DNA from: Heteronotia binoei
Lineage: Eukaryota
Reading direction: 5' to 3'
DNA: 64,000 bases
Assembly (NCBI RefSeq): GCF_032191835.1
Contig: NC_083243.1
Location: forward strand, 44,950,001 to 45,014,000
Positions 37,410 to 50,788 of this stretch are shown here, piece by piece. Within the stretch, counting starts at the first letter, position 1; each line of letters begins with the position of its first letter. The notes under the pieces are model-generated. The model was not told the DNA's origin. It saw only the letters and a program-made list of their open reading frames with translations, and searched no databases. The position numbers and the translations under genes are program-made.

Positions 37410-38566
37410 TACACTGATTTCAGTAAGGTTTTTGATAAGGTTCCACATACTATCCTTGTTGACAAGTTGGTAAAATGTGGTTTGGATCTTGTTACCATTA
37501 GATGGATCTGTAACTGGTTGACAGATTGCACCCAAAGAGTGCTTGTGAATGGTTCCTCATCCTCTTGGAGAGGAGTGACAAGTGGAGTGCCTCAAGGATC
37601 TGTCCTGGGACCTGTTTTGTTCAACATCTTTATCAATGATTTGGATGAAGGAATAGAGAGAATGCTTATTACATTTGCCAATGATACTAAATTGGGAGGG
37701 GTTGCAAATACAGTAAAAGAGAGAAACAGGATAAGGGATGACCCTGACAGACTGGAACTGGGCTAAAATGAATTTTAACAGGGATAAATGTAAAGTTCTG
37801 CATTTAGGTAGGAAAAATCCCATGCATAGTTATAGGGTGGGGGAGGCTTGTCTTAGCAGTGGTATGTGCAAAAAGGATCTAGGGGTCTTAGTGCATCATA
37901 CACTAAACATGAGTCAACAATGTCATGTGGTGGCTAAAAAGGCAAATGCAATTTTGGGCTGTATCAACAGAAGTATAGTGTCCAGATCATGTGATGTGAT
38001 GATATCACTTTACTCTGCTTTAGTAAGACCTCACTTGGAGTATTGTGTTCAGTTTTGGGCACTACATTTTAAGAAGGATATAGACAAGCTGGATCAGGTC
38101 CAGAGGAGGGTGACGAAGATGGTGAGAGGTCTGGAGGCCAAGTCCTCTGAGGAAAGATTGAAGGAGCTGGGGATGTTTAGCCTGGAGAGGAGGCAGCTGA
38201 GAGGTGATATGATCACCATCTTCGAGTACTTGAAGGGCTGTCATCTAGAGGATGGTGTGGGATTGTTTTCTGTGTCCCCAGAAGCTAGGACCAGAACCAA
38301 TGTGTTGAAATTAAATCAAAAGAGTTTCTGGCTCAACATTAGGAAGAACGTCCTGACCATTAGAGCGATTCCTCAGTGGAACAGGCTTCCTCGGGAAGTG
38401 GTGGGCTCTCCTTCTTTGGAGGTTTTTAAACAGAGGCTAGATAGCCATCTGACAGCAATGAAGATCCTGTGAATTTGGGGTAGGTATTTGTGAGTTTCCT
38501 GCATTGTGCAGGGGGTTGGACTAGATGACCCTAGAGGTCCCTTTCAACTCTATGATTCTATGATTC
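37410..38566 (+). mobile_element. 5'-truncated CR1 LINE
   Basis: SGVPQGSVLGPVLFNIFINDLD, FANDTKLGG, RPHLEYCVQFW; 3' tail TTCTATGATTCTATGATTC; frameshifted. Confidence 0.93.
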
Positions 38567-39301
38567 CTACCAGCCAGTCCCTCAACATCATCAATTAACA
38601 CTTGGCTGGATGAGCTTATGTTTACTCACCCTTTATCCAATCTATTATTGATCATAGAAACTCATCCAGGCAAGCTCAGTTGGATCACATGGAAAAGGAA
38701 TTAGAGGGTAGGAGTAATCAATGTAGTGCTGCTACCTCATTACATACGCCTTCTCTCAATGTTTTCTTGTAGATATTAAAAATATAGGAGATCAAACAGA
38801 ATCATTTGGAATCCTGAAGGACATCCACAGAAACACCTAGGAGCAGGAAATAGGCTTGTGCAGAATTAATATATTCAGTGTAAGTTGAACAGGAACTAAC
38901 AACAATAAAATAAGTTACAGTTGTCTAAGGTTGTCTAGGATCCTTTATTATTGAGCTCAAACACAACCTGGAGTCTCTCTTAGATTTTTGTATTTGGATT
39001 GGCTTTTGGGAATTGAATATCAGGAGAGTGAATAATTTGCTGGTTTTTCATAACTTGCTTTGAGATTGAAGCAGTGGTTCTTAATCTTTAATGTACTGCT
39101 GCACCCCAAGCACATACACAAAAAAGTATTACACCAGCAATTCTTAACCTTTAAACTGCAAACCTAAGAATATCTCCTTAGGAGTAAGCCTCATTGAATG
39201 GCACTGAGTACATACATAGACCTGTTTAGAATTACTCTCTTAGTGCAATACAGCCTCTAAACAGAGAACACAAAAAATTTATTTGATCAGTTATTCTTAA
39301 C

Positions 39302-39722
39302 TAGGGATGGGCATGAATTGAAGCACGGATTGTGATTTATGCCTAAAATACCTGATTTGTGGTTTGTTCTGAATTGGTTTGGATACTTGTGCTATGCACA
39401 ACTCACAAAACTAAGTGGCTTGTTTTTTGGGCAGTTCATCTGTGTCATTATTGGTGCGGGATCCTCCTCACATGCCACAACGTGCCCAGTGTGATGACAT
39501 CACCTGGAAGTGACACTATCATGCCAGGTGACATCATCACATTGGGCACGTTTGCAGTGCACCCAAGCTTTTTAGTCCCCCCAAACCAAACAAACCAATG
39601 AACCACAATTCATCCAGAAAATTAAAAAAAAAAAATGAAAGGAACCGAACCAGTGCATCAGGCATACCAATGAACCATGAAACAAAATGAGCCACCATTT
39701 TTGCATTTCATGCACATCCCTA
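39302..39722. mobile_element. hAT-like MITE (TAGGGATG termini)
   Basis: TAGGGATGGGCATGAA...TTCATGCACATCCCTA; 8-bp TSD TTCTTAAC/TTCTTAAT. Confidence 0.8.
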
Positions 39723-40123
39723 TTCTTAATCTTTAATCTATGACTGGGGTTTGATGTTATACTACTACAAGAAACCTGGACTGGCTTCCAAATAAATTAC
39801 CTTATCATCAAACACCACCCATTTTCCTGTTTGCTTAAATATTTCTATACTACTTCCCATCAACTTCAGCAGCTTCTATCCACTTGGAAAAAATAATTAA
39901 ATAAACAACTGGCCCATGTGTTAACAGCCAATCTTCAACAAGACAAGAAAAACCACAGCTATTCCATTAACCTGATCTCCACTTTATTACATTAACTGAA
40001 AAATACCAAGCATAATACTATAACCTTACATTTTGTATGAAGATCTCTCTGCACCTCATTGGAAGGTGTTCCATAATGCTGGAGCTGCCTCTGAAATAGT
40101 GCAGGCCCATTTGTGGTCTAATA

Positions 40124-40247
40124 CAGGGTGGCCAGCAGTAGCTCTCCAGATGTTTTTTGCCTACAACTCCCATCAGCCCTAGCCAGCATGGCCATGATGG
40201 GAGTTTTAGGCAAAAAACATGTGGAGAGCTACCGCTGGCCACCCCTG
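40124..40247. mobile_element. Small palindromic hAT MITE
   Basis: CAGGGTGGCC...GGCCACCCCTG; degenerate TSD GTCTAATA/GTGTAATG; same family as 47621 and 61114. Confidence 0.8.
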
Positions 40248-40439
40248 GTGTAATGGATGATAAGAGAGAGTTCTGCCAGGAAGAGGCCCTGGGAAGATCT
40301 GAGACAACAAATCAATCCATAACAAGTAAATAAGTAAAATATCCTGCATTGTGCAGGGGGTTGGACTAGATGACCCTAGAGATCCCTTCCAACTCTTCCA
40401 AAATTCCACCTTTTCCCCATCAGTATATTTATGATATAA

Positions 40440-40916
40440 GAGGAGAGAAGAAGAGACTGGATTTATACCCCACCCTTCACTCGAAGTCCCAGAGTGGCCT
40501 ACAATTTCCTTTCCCTTCTCCTCCCACAAAAGACACCCTGTGAGCAATACTTCCTCTAAGCTGTGGAGTCTTATGAGCAAAAATTCTACTTTGTGTGCTA
40601 CTGGCATTAAAGTTGTGAGCTACTGCATAACTTAGTTTGCTCTGGGACCATTTTTTATGAGCTAAGACAAAAATGTATGAGCTGGAGGCTCAAATATTGT
40701 GAGCTAGCTCACACTAACTCAGCTTAGAGAGAACACTGCCTGTGAGGTAGATGGGGCTGAGAGAGCTCTGACAGAAACTGCTCTTGAGCAGAACAGCTCT
40801 GAGAGAATTGTGTCTGACCTGAGGTCACCCAACAGATGCATGTGGATGAGTGGGAAATCAAACCTGGTTCCATCAGTTAAGAGTCCATGCACTTAACCAC
40901 TACACCAAACTGGCTC
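40440..40916 (-). mobile_element. Squam3-like SINE with a nested ~190-bp insertion (~40545-40737)
   Basis: Head at 40916 (CACTACACCAAACTGG); body interrupted between ACACCCTGTGAG and CTGTGAGGTAG. Confidence 0.7.
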
Positions 40917-42390
40917 TCATGCATACAATATCATAGAACTCACACATTTGTGTGGCTGGATCTCCTCCTATTGCAGGAGATCTCCCACCATTGCCCCTTC
41001 TCAATTTCCTACTGATATTTGACAGGGTGGCAGGGGAAAAATGGAGGGAGGTATTTTACAAATTCCCCTCTTGTTAATCAAGATTGCCCTAGATTGTTTT
41101 TTTCATTGCCATTTTCTTTTTCATCTTCCTCCTCCTTGCATTATGGAGTTTAGGAAAAATAGATTTCTGGTGCTTTGGTTAGGCATATTTTTTATATCAA
41201 ATAGATAATCAGTGGGATAGTCCATGTTAAAGGAATGCTAATAGTGCCCTATGTTGCTGTGCACACTAGGACATCACCTAAAGGGTGAAGGAGAATTCCT
41301 CAGATCAGCTGTTCAGGGCTAGTGGGTCCCATGAGGTAGGGACAGTGATTATGGACTAGAATGTCTACATGGAGTCTCAAATGGAAGATCAGTTGTATTA
41401 GAAAAGGAGAAAGGGGTCTGCAAGTGCAACATACACAATTATGACTTCTGTTGTCTGTTTCTGACAATAGGACTGGGTCCAGATGGCCGATTTGGGCCGC
41501 CTCAGGAACATCCACATCCAGATTGAAATTGCACATGTGGGTCCCACCTAGCTCCCACCCTTACCTCGTCCTTTGCTGTCTTTCTGCCACTTCAAATTGC
41601 AAAAGTGTTTCCGGGGTGCCTTTCCTGGCCATCTGAATGCCCGGGGAGCACCAAGAAAGTGCTTCCGCTTTGCTTGAGCTGTGTGACCATTCCTCCCCAG
41701 TGTGTATGACACATCCATGTTCCAGCAGCAGGCTACACACCGTCTGACACTCCGAGACACTTTTCCCTCTGCCAGCTTTCTTCTGGGATGGGATGTTGCC
41801 ACCCCAGGCTGCTGATCTGGACTCAGCCTAGATGGGTACTACCATTGTTGGAGGCAAGGACATGATTTCTGCCACTTCGTCCTTCTACTCCAGATCTCCC
41901 CCTTTCCTTCTGTGCTATTCATGAGAGTTCACTGGGCTTTTCCACATTCTCATTTCCCTTGTTTATGTGTTCTTGTTGCTTCAGATTTAAACTGCAGGTT
42001 TTTATGCTAGGCAAAAAGTAATGTAATATCTAATTGAACACTAGAGGGAGCAAAACATTTGCAGAAAAGAAAAGAAAAATCCCTGAAACAAGAGAAACAC
42101 ACAAGCAAGAAAAATGAGAATACAGAAAAGGAAACTGACCACCAGGAACAAAATCTGAGGAAAGACAGCAAGCTGCTGTGCAGGGGAAGGTGAGAAATCC
42201 CCCTGTTTAGCAAACAAGATGACAATAATGTTGACAACACAACAACTCATGTAGCAGTTTCAGTATTACAAAAACTTCACATACATTGGTCACTTATCCT
42301 TCTTAACTAGCCTGCTAAGGTAAACAAAAATTATTGTTCTCATATTAGGGTAAAGGTCAGCTAAACTCAATGGGCTTAAAGAGGTGTAAC

Positions 42391-42553
42391 CAGGGCTTTT
42401 TTGCGGCAAGAACTCCTTTGCATATTAGGTCACACACCCTGATATAGCCAATCCTCCTGGAGCTTACAGCAGGCCCTGTACTAAGAGCCCTGTAAACTCT
42501 TGGAGGATTGGCTACATCAGGAATGCGTGGCCTAATATACAAAGGAGTTCCTG
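42391..42553. mobile_element. Palindromic hAT-like MITE fragment
   Basis: AACTCCTTTGCATATTAGG...CCTAATATACAAAGGAGTT inverted arms. Confidence 0.65.
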
Positions 42554-43127
42554 GATGTAACTGTTTAGGCTGGCATTGACAGTAAGTGTATAACAGAAGC
42601 AAGATTTGAACAGGAGACCTTGTGAATTACAGCTCAGTCTCTTACCTACCATCATAAACCAATTCCCCTACTTTACTAATTATCATTCCTCAACCCTCTT
42701 TGGTGGGGGAGGGTATATGTGTATTCGTAACTACCTTTAATAATCTAGTTACTTGCTTTAAAATGCTGTCTGCTTCCTCTGGTTTAAAAAAAAAATCAAG
42801 AGTTTCTTCCCCCTTTTCTTTTGTTGATTAGAAAGCTATTTATTCTTTTGAGCAGCTTAGATATCTGCATGACTGTTCATTTTATCTGTTTTTATTGATG
42901 TCAGTTTTCCTCACTAGAAAGATGCTGACTTTGCTGGCATTGAAATAAATGATATAACAAATGCCACACTGAGTGACGGAAATTTGGGATATATATTTTT
43001 CAATACTGAGTTATACATTTTATAAGAAGATATTGAAAATCATCTGTGGGTTACCTTCACTGAAAAACATTTCCCTCCCCCTTCCACCACCCTGGCAAGT
43101 GTAGGATAGTTTAGCTTTAGGGATAGA

Positions 43128-43408
43128 AGATGAAGATGAAGATATTGGATTTCTATCCCGCCCTCCACTCCGAAGAGCCTCAGAGTGGCTCACAATCTCC
43201 TTTACCTTTCTCCCCCACAACAGACACCCTGTGAGGTGGGTGGGGCTGGAGAGGGCTCTCACAGCAGCTGCCCTTTCAAGGACAACCTCTGCCAGAGCTA
43301 TGGCTGACCCAAGGCCATTCCAGCAGGTGCAAGTGGAGGAGTGGGGAATCAAACCCGGTTCTCCCAGATAAGAGTCCGCACACTTCACCACTACACCAAA
43401 CTGGCTCT
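43128..43408 (-). mobile_element. Squam3-like SINE
   Basis: Reverse complement of the 5553 family. Confidence 0.8.
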
Positions 43409-44239
43409 CCAGGATAATTTCAAAGTTCTGATTCCTGCTGTTGAATAAGAATTTTGCATAGCTGCCTACAAACTTTGCACTTTGGCATGCTGAGGACTGA
43501 CTGATTATTACCAGTGCCAGCTCTGACCCCAGCTCTTTGCACATTTCTTAGACTTTCACAGATGCCCATGGCCATTGGAAACTGCAGTGAAATTCTATGC
43601 CATTACAGTGTGTGTGTGAACACATAAACTGTCCTGGGGCCTAGCTGGGACTCCAGCAGCCTCATCCAGAGCCCTCTCACCATGGAGCCTCCACAGCCCC
43701 CCCCCCCGCCCCCGTGCCCTGGAGCCACTTCACTGCCCAAGCCCTGGCCGTCTTACCTCCAACCACACTCAGACAGCACACTGGAGCATGGAGGAGGAGG
43801 CTGAGAGGAGGAAATGGAGATGCCTGATGTCTGGGCATCCCTGTTGGTAAGGGGGGCAAGGCCAGAGCCAAAGGGGGAGGGAGAGGGCAGGGGAGAGCAT
43901 AAAAGGGAGGGGCCAATTGGGGTCGAGGAGGAGAAGCGCTGAGACACTGGGCAGCCAAGAGAGAGGGAGTCAGTTGCAGCAGGGGCATGGAGATCACCTG
44001 GGTGATGTTAACTCAGTCTCCTGTCCAATTCTGAGACCCCACCCCAGCAGGCAGGTGCTGGAACAGTGGGGGCAGGGCGACAGCCACCAGGAGAACAAGC
44101 TTGGGTGCGACAGGAACATAGCAGGTATCTCCTATTTTGACATCGTTATTGATTCACTGTTGTCCCCCTTAATTAAATCCATACAACTGTTGACCCTATA
44201 AACTTGTCATTCCTGTTTTGTCTCTGCATATCTTAAAAT

Positions 44240-44830
44240 ACCTTCATCATGCTATATGCTAATCTGCCGTTCAGCCTCTGTCTATAAGTCTGAACAGTTT
44301 GTCAGTATTGAATCTATCTTTACACAGTCTGACAGCTCTATTGTGACAGCAGATGATCTAGCTGGCCAGCTAGGTCACAGTGACCTTATCTACAAGCCGG
44401 TTTGAGCCGGCAGAGGACAGGTGGAAAGGACCTGCTGAGTCAGCATGACTGTGGACTGCCAGGATTGGCTGAAGGAACTATATATGGACTGTGCTGGCAA
44501 TGCACAGGCCTCTCTTCGAGTAGACACATGCTGGCGGAGCACTTTGGTCCTGTATTTGATGTATTTGTCTGCACTAGTGAGCACGTTGTATATATATTGT
44601 AAATACACTGTTTTAGCACTAGCTGCAGGTGTCTGGCTCACTTCTGTACTGGGGCTCACCGTTGCACACATCACACCGCTCACTCTGCAAACACCCACAC
44701 CAACACAGTTATCTTCCATTTCATTGTGTCTGAAGAAGTGTGCAGGCACACAAAAGCTCATACCCTGAAAAAGAAAACTTTGTTGGTCTTAAAAGTGCCA
44801 CTGGACTCCAACTTTGTTCTATTGCTTCAT
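44240..44830 (+). mobile_element. Penelope-like pLTR fragment with hammerhead motif (44726-44763), interrupted by a probable solo LTR
   Basis: GTGT-CTGAAGA-A-GTGTGC-AG-GCACAC-AAAA-GCTC-ATAC followed by AAAACTTTGTTGGTCTTAAAAGTGCCACTGGACTC. Confidence 0.7.
44342..44707 (+). mobile_element. Probable solo LTR (Gypsy-like)
   Basis: TGT...ACA ends, internal TATA-like and TGTAAATA motifs, CpG retained. The putative 5-bp TSD TCTAT/GTTAT is imperfect. Confidence 0.5.
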
Positions 44831-46674
44831 ACCAGCATGGTTACTCACCTAGGGTTGCCAGGTCCAACCCAGGAAATATCTGGGGACTTTGGGTGGAGCC
44901 TGGAGACTTTGGGGGTGGAGCCAGGAGACTTTTCCATTCCCTGAAATAAAAATACAGCAGTGCAGTTCCTCTGAATACAGTCTTCATTTCCTCTTCCCTC
45001 AGCAGCTGCACTTCCACTAAATAAAAGTGAGTATACAAACACATACACACATAAAGCAGACAAAATAAACAGTTTGCAAAAACACACTTTTGTGATCTCA
45101 CCAGGGCCAATTAATCACAGAAGTTGCTGAATGTAACCATCTGCTGTATTTCAGCCAGCTTCTTCAGACTAACAGGAAAATGAAAGGAGAGCAGCCTTGG
45201 GGTTGGTGTTTTCCTCCATCCCATAATAAGGTTCTAGTTAACTCCATTTTACTATATGCCCAACTTCTGAAACCAGTGCAAAACAGAGGGACTGCACTGG
45301 GTTCTTTTCGTTTCTCACGTGGTTCATACACACTCACTGGGAAGAGCCATCTGGCTCTGCTTTCTTGTTCCACCCATGAAGCTTTCCTCCAGATGAGACC
45401 TAAAGGCACACACACAGTCCAAAACACAAGCAGTTTGCAAGGTTCTTTTAAGCCTGCTGAAGTTTAAAGGTGCATCAAGGCTGTTAGGGTGGGGCTCCCC
45501 CCAGCTTGCCAGCTGGTGGTGAGGAGGAGCCTGCAAAAATGGGACTTGGGGGCTGGCAAGCCTATACCCACTAGGATCAGGCAAAACTATAGAATAAATA
45601 CAGAAAGGAAGAAGTAACATTCATCCATCTTTAACTGTGAACTAAAATCACTTCTATTTTAAAAGCCACCTTTCAGATACCACCTTGGGATAAACCAGCC
45701 TTGACTCTGTGAAAGATATGCAGCTTTACAGGAGCATTCATGTGCCATTTAATCAGAGTATAAGAACTGGCCCCAACTACAAGAGGTATAATGGATTCGT
45801 ATAAACAGATTTTAAACTAAGGGATTTCATCCTCTATTTTTTACTTTCAACCAAATGGCAGAGATACAGCAAGGTTGGCATTCTGTGCATAGATTTGCCT
45901 TGAGTGCTGGTGCTGCAGCATATCAGCTTTAAACACTGGCCTGTTTATCACGCCTGAGAATTTTTCCACCTTGTCTCACTGTGGCTGCCTGCCACCTAGC
46001 TAGTGATTGGCGCCTGTGACTGCAAAGGAGAAAGAGAAACCAATGGGAGCATAAGGAACAAGACCAGCATTGATTGAACCAGACAAAAACACAACTGTAT
46101 GAGATCACACACACACGCAAATCAATAGCCTGCATTGCACAGCTGCCCAGTGCACAGACACCAACTAGTCAGTCCAGACGTGCTCTGTTTATTTTTTCTG
46201 ATATATTCCCGCATAATCTGTTTCAGATTATATTTGTTTATAAAAATATTGTGATGAAGATCATGGAAATCTATAGGTGCATGCAGATGCACATATACAA
46301 AACCCTCTCCCCCCCCCTTGTGTGGGTGTTAGCTTAACAAATAGAGTTTTCCTTTTCATTTGCCAGCGTCTAAAGTAAACTGTCCTTTAAATTGCTTTGG
46401 GCTGTGGAAATGTAATTTTAACAAATTAAGACATCATCCCGATTGCTTTATGAAACATTCCCAGTGTTTAGTGTGCTCTTTCTCTGCTTGCCTATGCAAT
46501 CCTAGACTTCTATAGACAATGCCCCTGACTCATTTCAATTAAAGTGAGCAGAAAACACCTGGAAGCATCCTTGGAGGGACTGAATAGGAAAGCTGTTACA
46601 CACATTGGTCACAAATTGCAATCCATCAGAATGTTCCTCATAAATCAATACAGAATCCATCATCATACTTCTCA

Positions 46675-46800
46675 TAGAACAAAGCAGGAGTCCAGTAGCA
46701 CCTTTAAGACCAACAAAGTTTTATTCAGAATGTAAGCTTTCATATGCAAGCATACTTCTTCAAATAAGGAATGAGGTACAGTGAGTAGAGCAACATATAG
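46675..46800 (-). mobile_element. Penelope-like pLTR fragment with decayed hammerhead motif (46731-46766)
   Basis: Minus: TAT-TTGAAGA-A-GTATGC-TT-GCATAT-GAAA-GCTT-ACA, then the shared TTCTGAATAAAACTTTGTTGGTCTTAAAGGTGCTAC terminus. Confidence 0.7.
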
Positions 46801-47620
46801 CTCATGGGCAGTGGTTTAGAATGCAAAATGGCACAAAGTTAAAATCAAATGGCAAAATAGTGTAATTAACAATTTATTTTACTGTTTTAACTGTGTAAGA
46901 TGTTTTAAATTCAAAAATTATGTTAGATTTTTATGTGTTGTGAGCCGCCCTGAGCCACTTCGGTGGCAAGGGTGGGATATAAATTTAAATAAACTTGAAA
47001 CAAATTGAAAGAACATTTGGTCTGAATAGCATTTGGTCTGGATAGCATTTGCGTGGGAAACCAATAAAAGGTAATAAAAGCTATCTGTTAATTGCCCTAT
47101 TGCTAGCAAGTAGGGTGAAGATGTTCTTGTCCACCTAATTTACTTTTTAAAATGTAACATACATTATAAACATCATTCTAGTTTGTCATAAGAAAAAAAA
47201 GAATATATTAAAATGTAGTAAAAATGGGTTCAGTAGATTTTATTTTACTATATTCACTATCATGCTGCATCCATCCAAAAATCATTTCATTTATTTTATG
47301 CAGTTCTGGCTGCAGCTGCTAGGGATGCAGGGAAGTCTGAGCACAGTAAAAGGCACTCTAATATCAGCTATATTTCCTTTTCTCCTTGGCCATTCCTATA
47401 AATAAAATTAGGAATAACTTGGTCCTTGCAAAAACTGAAAACTGAAAATCAAACTTCCCCTGTTCATAATGCTTGCTTGTTTCTTCTTAGGTTAATCTCC
47501 TGACCTCTCAAAATGCTGATGTGCCCAATGTAAATGAGATCTGTTTTAAGTTTTTGAGTTATGGACGTGTGTAGACAGAGGCATTTGTTATCACTGATGG
47601 TGCATGTTCATTACTTATTG

Positions 47621-47760
47621 CAGAGGTGGCCAACGATAGCTCTCCAGATGTTTTTGCCTACAACTCCCATCAGCCCCAGCCATTGACCATCCTGGCTGCG
47701 GCTGATGGGAGTTGTAGGCAAAAAAACACCCATCTGGAGAGCTACCGTTGGCCACCCCTG
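47621..47760. mobile_element. Small palindromic hAT MITE
   Basis: Perfect 8-bp TSD ACTTATTG (47613-47620, 47761-47768). Confidence 0.9.
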
Positions 47761-47856
47761 ACTTATTGGATTGCTAGCCAGGTCATCCATGAACCAAAGT
47801 CAGGGGAAAGGATTGCATCATTCAAAATGAGATGGATTTTGACTTTAAATACTGTT

Positions 47857-48135
47857 TTAGTTTGGTGTAGTGGTTAAGTGTACGGATTCTTATCTGGGAG
47901 AACCGGATTTGATTCTCCACTCCTCCAATTACAGCTGCTGGAATGGCCTTGGGTCAGCCATAGCTCTGGCAGAGGTTGTCCTTGAAAGGGCAGCTACTGT
48001 GAGAGCCCTCTCAGCCCCACCCACCTCACAGGGTGTCTGTTGTGGGGGAGGAAGGTAAAGGAGATTGTGAGCCACTCTGAGACTCTTTGGAGTGGAGGGC
48101 GGGATATAAAACCAATATCATCATCTCCTTCTTCC
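47857..48135 (+). mobile_element. Squam3-like SINE
   Basis: Same family as 5553-5830. Confidence 0.8.
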
Positions 48136-50338
48136 ATCTGGAAAGTCAGTTAGTGAGAAGACAGTAACCAAACCATGGTGATCATTACATCTTTTCATCC
48201 GATGACTTCCTACTTTTGTGCAGGTGGTATTGATACTGCTACCTCTTCCTCATCTATAACATGATCCATCATGCCAGTAAATAATTATAAACATTAGCAA
48301 GAACCAGCAGTCCATCGTGGAGCATGGCATTGTGGTGTATGGCATGCACAGAGCAGTGCATGACAAATTACTGAGGCCATGTAATATCTAGCTGATATTA
48401 GAGTGATAAATTTGATAAAAGCATGGTTCAAGGATTCCACTTTCAATGTGTAATCTAATCATGGCACCATGCTGAAAAGGTAAGATCTGTAGATTGATCT
48501 GGACCTATCAGTGGAGATGTTTACATCCAGCTTTTCTGGAACATCAGTACAATTTTGCAATGGAAGGGGCTGACCTTTGCTCAATACAGATCAGAGTACA
48601 AGACATTTACTCTTGGTTTTGAGTTTTCTACTACTGCCAACGGGAACAGTCAATTCTCAGTTGGTTACTGTAAAAGGGTCTCCACCCTAGTGCCTTCCAC
48701 AGCCTTGAGCATAAAAGCAGAGGAAGCCTAACAACTAAACTCTTTATTTTATGATTTCCTGCCGTGATATGTTCTGCCTCCACACTGTAAAGGATGCATT
48801 ACTCTAGTTCTAAGTTTTTAAAGAGGAAAGAAAAGAAATGGGTTGAAAGATCTCAGAAACGCAGGAGATTATTATTGCTGCAAAGGTAGAATTTGCTTTG
48901 CTTTTATTTCATTTTCTTAAAATTTGCTCTGGTGTACTCTGTTCAACACAAAAAAATCTGAAATGCATTTCATAAGCATTTCATATAGAGCTATAATTAC
49001 AACTTGTGATTAATCCTACTCACACAGCAATGTTGAGGTTCTTTGCTGGAGGGTGTATTTTTGCCTTCCATTTCCTATGTCATCTGTGAATGCTAGAACA
49101 TGACATGTTTTCTAGCCAGAAGAGAAAAACAAAGAGGATAGATTTGGGGAAAGAAGCGAGACTAGATATAACTTCATTTAAATGAATCAAATGATGGTTT
49201 TCACAAGACCAATGAAATGGGGACGGGGGGGATCACCTGTGCAAAGGCTCTCATTTTGAGAAACAGTAAGTAACTAAGTAGACCACATTTTCAACTAGCA
49301 TTAGAAATTAGAATTCCATTATTTCCAAATTGATTTAGTGAAATATGGAGAAAGGCCATGGCTCACTGACTTGCATGTGGGTTTCATTAACTAAAGGATC
49401 ATAGGATCAGGTTTGGCAAAAGATCTCCCACTGCCTGAGACCACGGAAACTTATCACTACTTATTGAGTCAGATGAATCAAATGTCTGACTTGGTATAAA
49501 ATAGCTTCATATATGGGGTTGCCTCTAAAGAAAATTATAAAAAATTCAACTAGATCAAAATATGGCAGCCTGATTTAAGAAAGGGTCTCTGTTTCTTCTT
49601 GCTGGTGTTGAAGAGTCTTCACTAGTTGTTGAAGTCCTACTGGCTACAGGTCAGATTGACAGCTAGAAGGAGAGTGAGAGGTTGGGGACATCTGGGCAGT
49701 GTTATGTCAATACCATGATATCCTCTGGGGTGAACCCAGAAGCAATGTCGTCAGGTCAGTGTGACGCTCTAGGATTCACCCACAATTCCAGTGAATCCTA
49801 GAGTGTTGTGCAGTGTTGACACAATGGTGCCGCTTCTTGATTTGACCCAGAAGTGATGTCACAGTTTCATTTCAACACCATTTTTCCCACTGTTTCTCAC
49901 CACCACCCTACCAAAAGCTGGGGGGGGGGGGGGGTCAGAGGCTGCCATCAGGAAGTAGGATACCTACCAGCTCCATAGTAGGATACCTACCAGCTCCAGG
50001 TGACTTCACCATTACAAGTCATATGGGTGGCTACCCAGACAGTTGTGGCTCCTGCAGGAATACGCTGTCTAGGCACACCCATGAGGCATTTATGATGCAA
50101 TCCTAAAATCATTTTTCCTAGCAGTAAGCCTATTTGAATAAAATGGGACTTACTCCTAAGTAGAACAGTTTAGGAGAGTTGTGGAGTTTAGGATTTCTCT
50201 CTTTTTTTTAACTTCTTTTACTCAAATTTTATTTTAGACTCATTACCATTACTACCTGTTCCAACAGGTAGGTGTACCATAATAACAAATCAAAAACAAC
50301 ACAATTTAAAGATATTTCAAGTGTTACCATTCCACACC

Positions 50339-50391
<53 letters not shown>

Positions 50392-50788
50392 TATATTTTT
50401 ATAGCAGAGGAATAATAAAGCTTAACAATGCTAATTTCCCTAACAGCTTTTTTTTTAAAAAAAAAACTTAATGCCACACGCATTCAATATAGCTTCTTAT
50501 CTTCCTTCTCTTGATTATTCCTTCTACTCTCAAAAAAAAATCCATAAAGAATAAATTGTAACAATATATCTCAGTCCCTGGAGACCTTAAAGTTTAAGGT
50601 CAAAAAGAAAAAAAGAAAAGAAACTCTTTCTTCTTCTTCTTCACCTGGACTGAATTAAACAAGGAGGGAAATTACCCAGGTGCTCTCACCATCTGTCCCC
50701 ACCCAGCTCTTAGTTCTGAAAGAAAAATCAATACTTATAAATTATAAGTTTCTTCAGCTTTTCCCTTTTCTTGTTGCTTCAGTTTCTT

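Noticed and set aside
48840-48885. Ig-like DYYC motif (LKDLRNAGDYYCCK) before a GT
   Set aside because: The frame is closed by a stop a few codons upstream and has no other Ig motifs.
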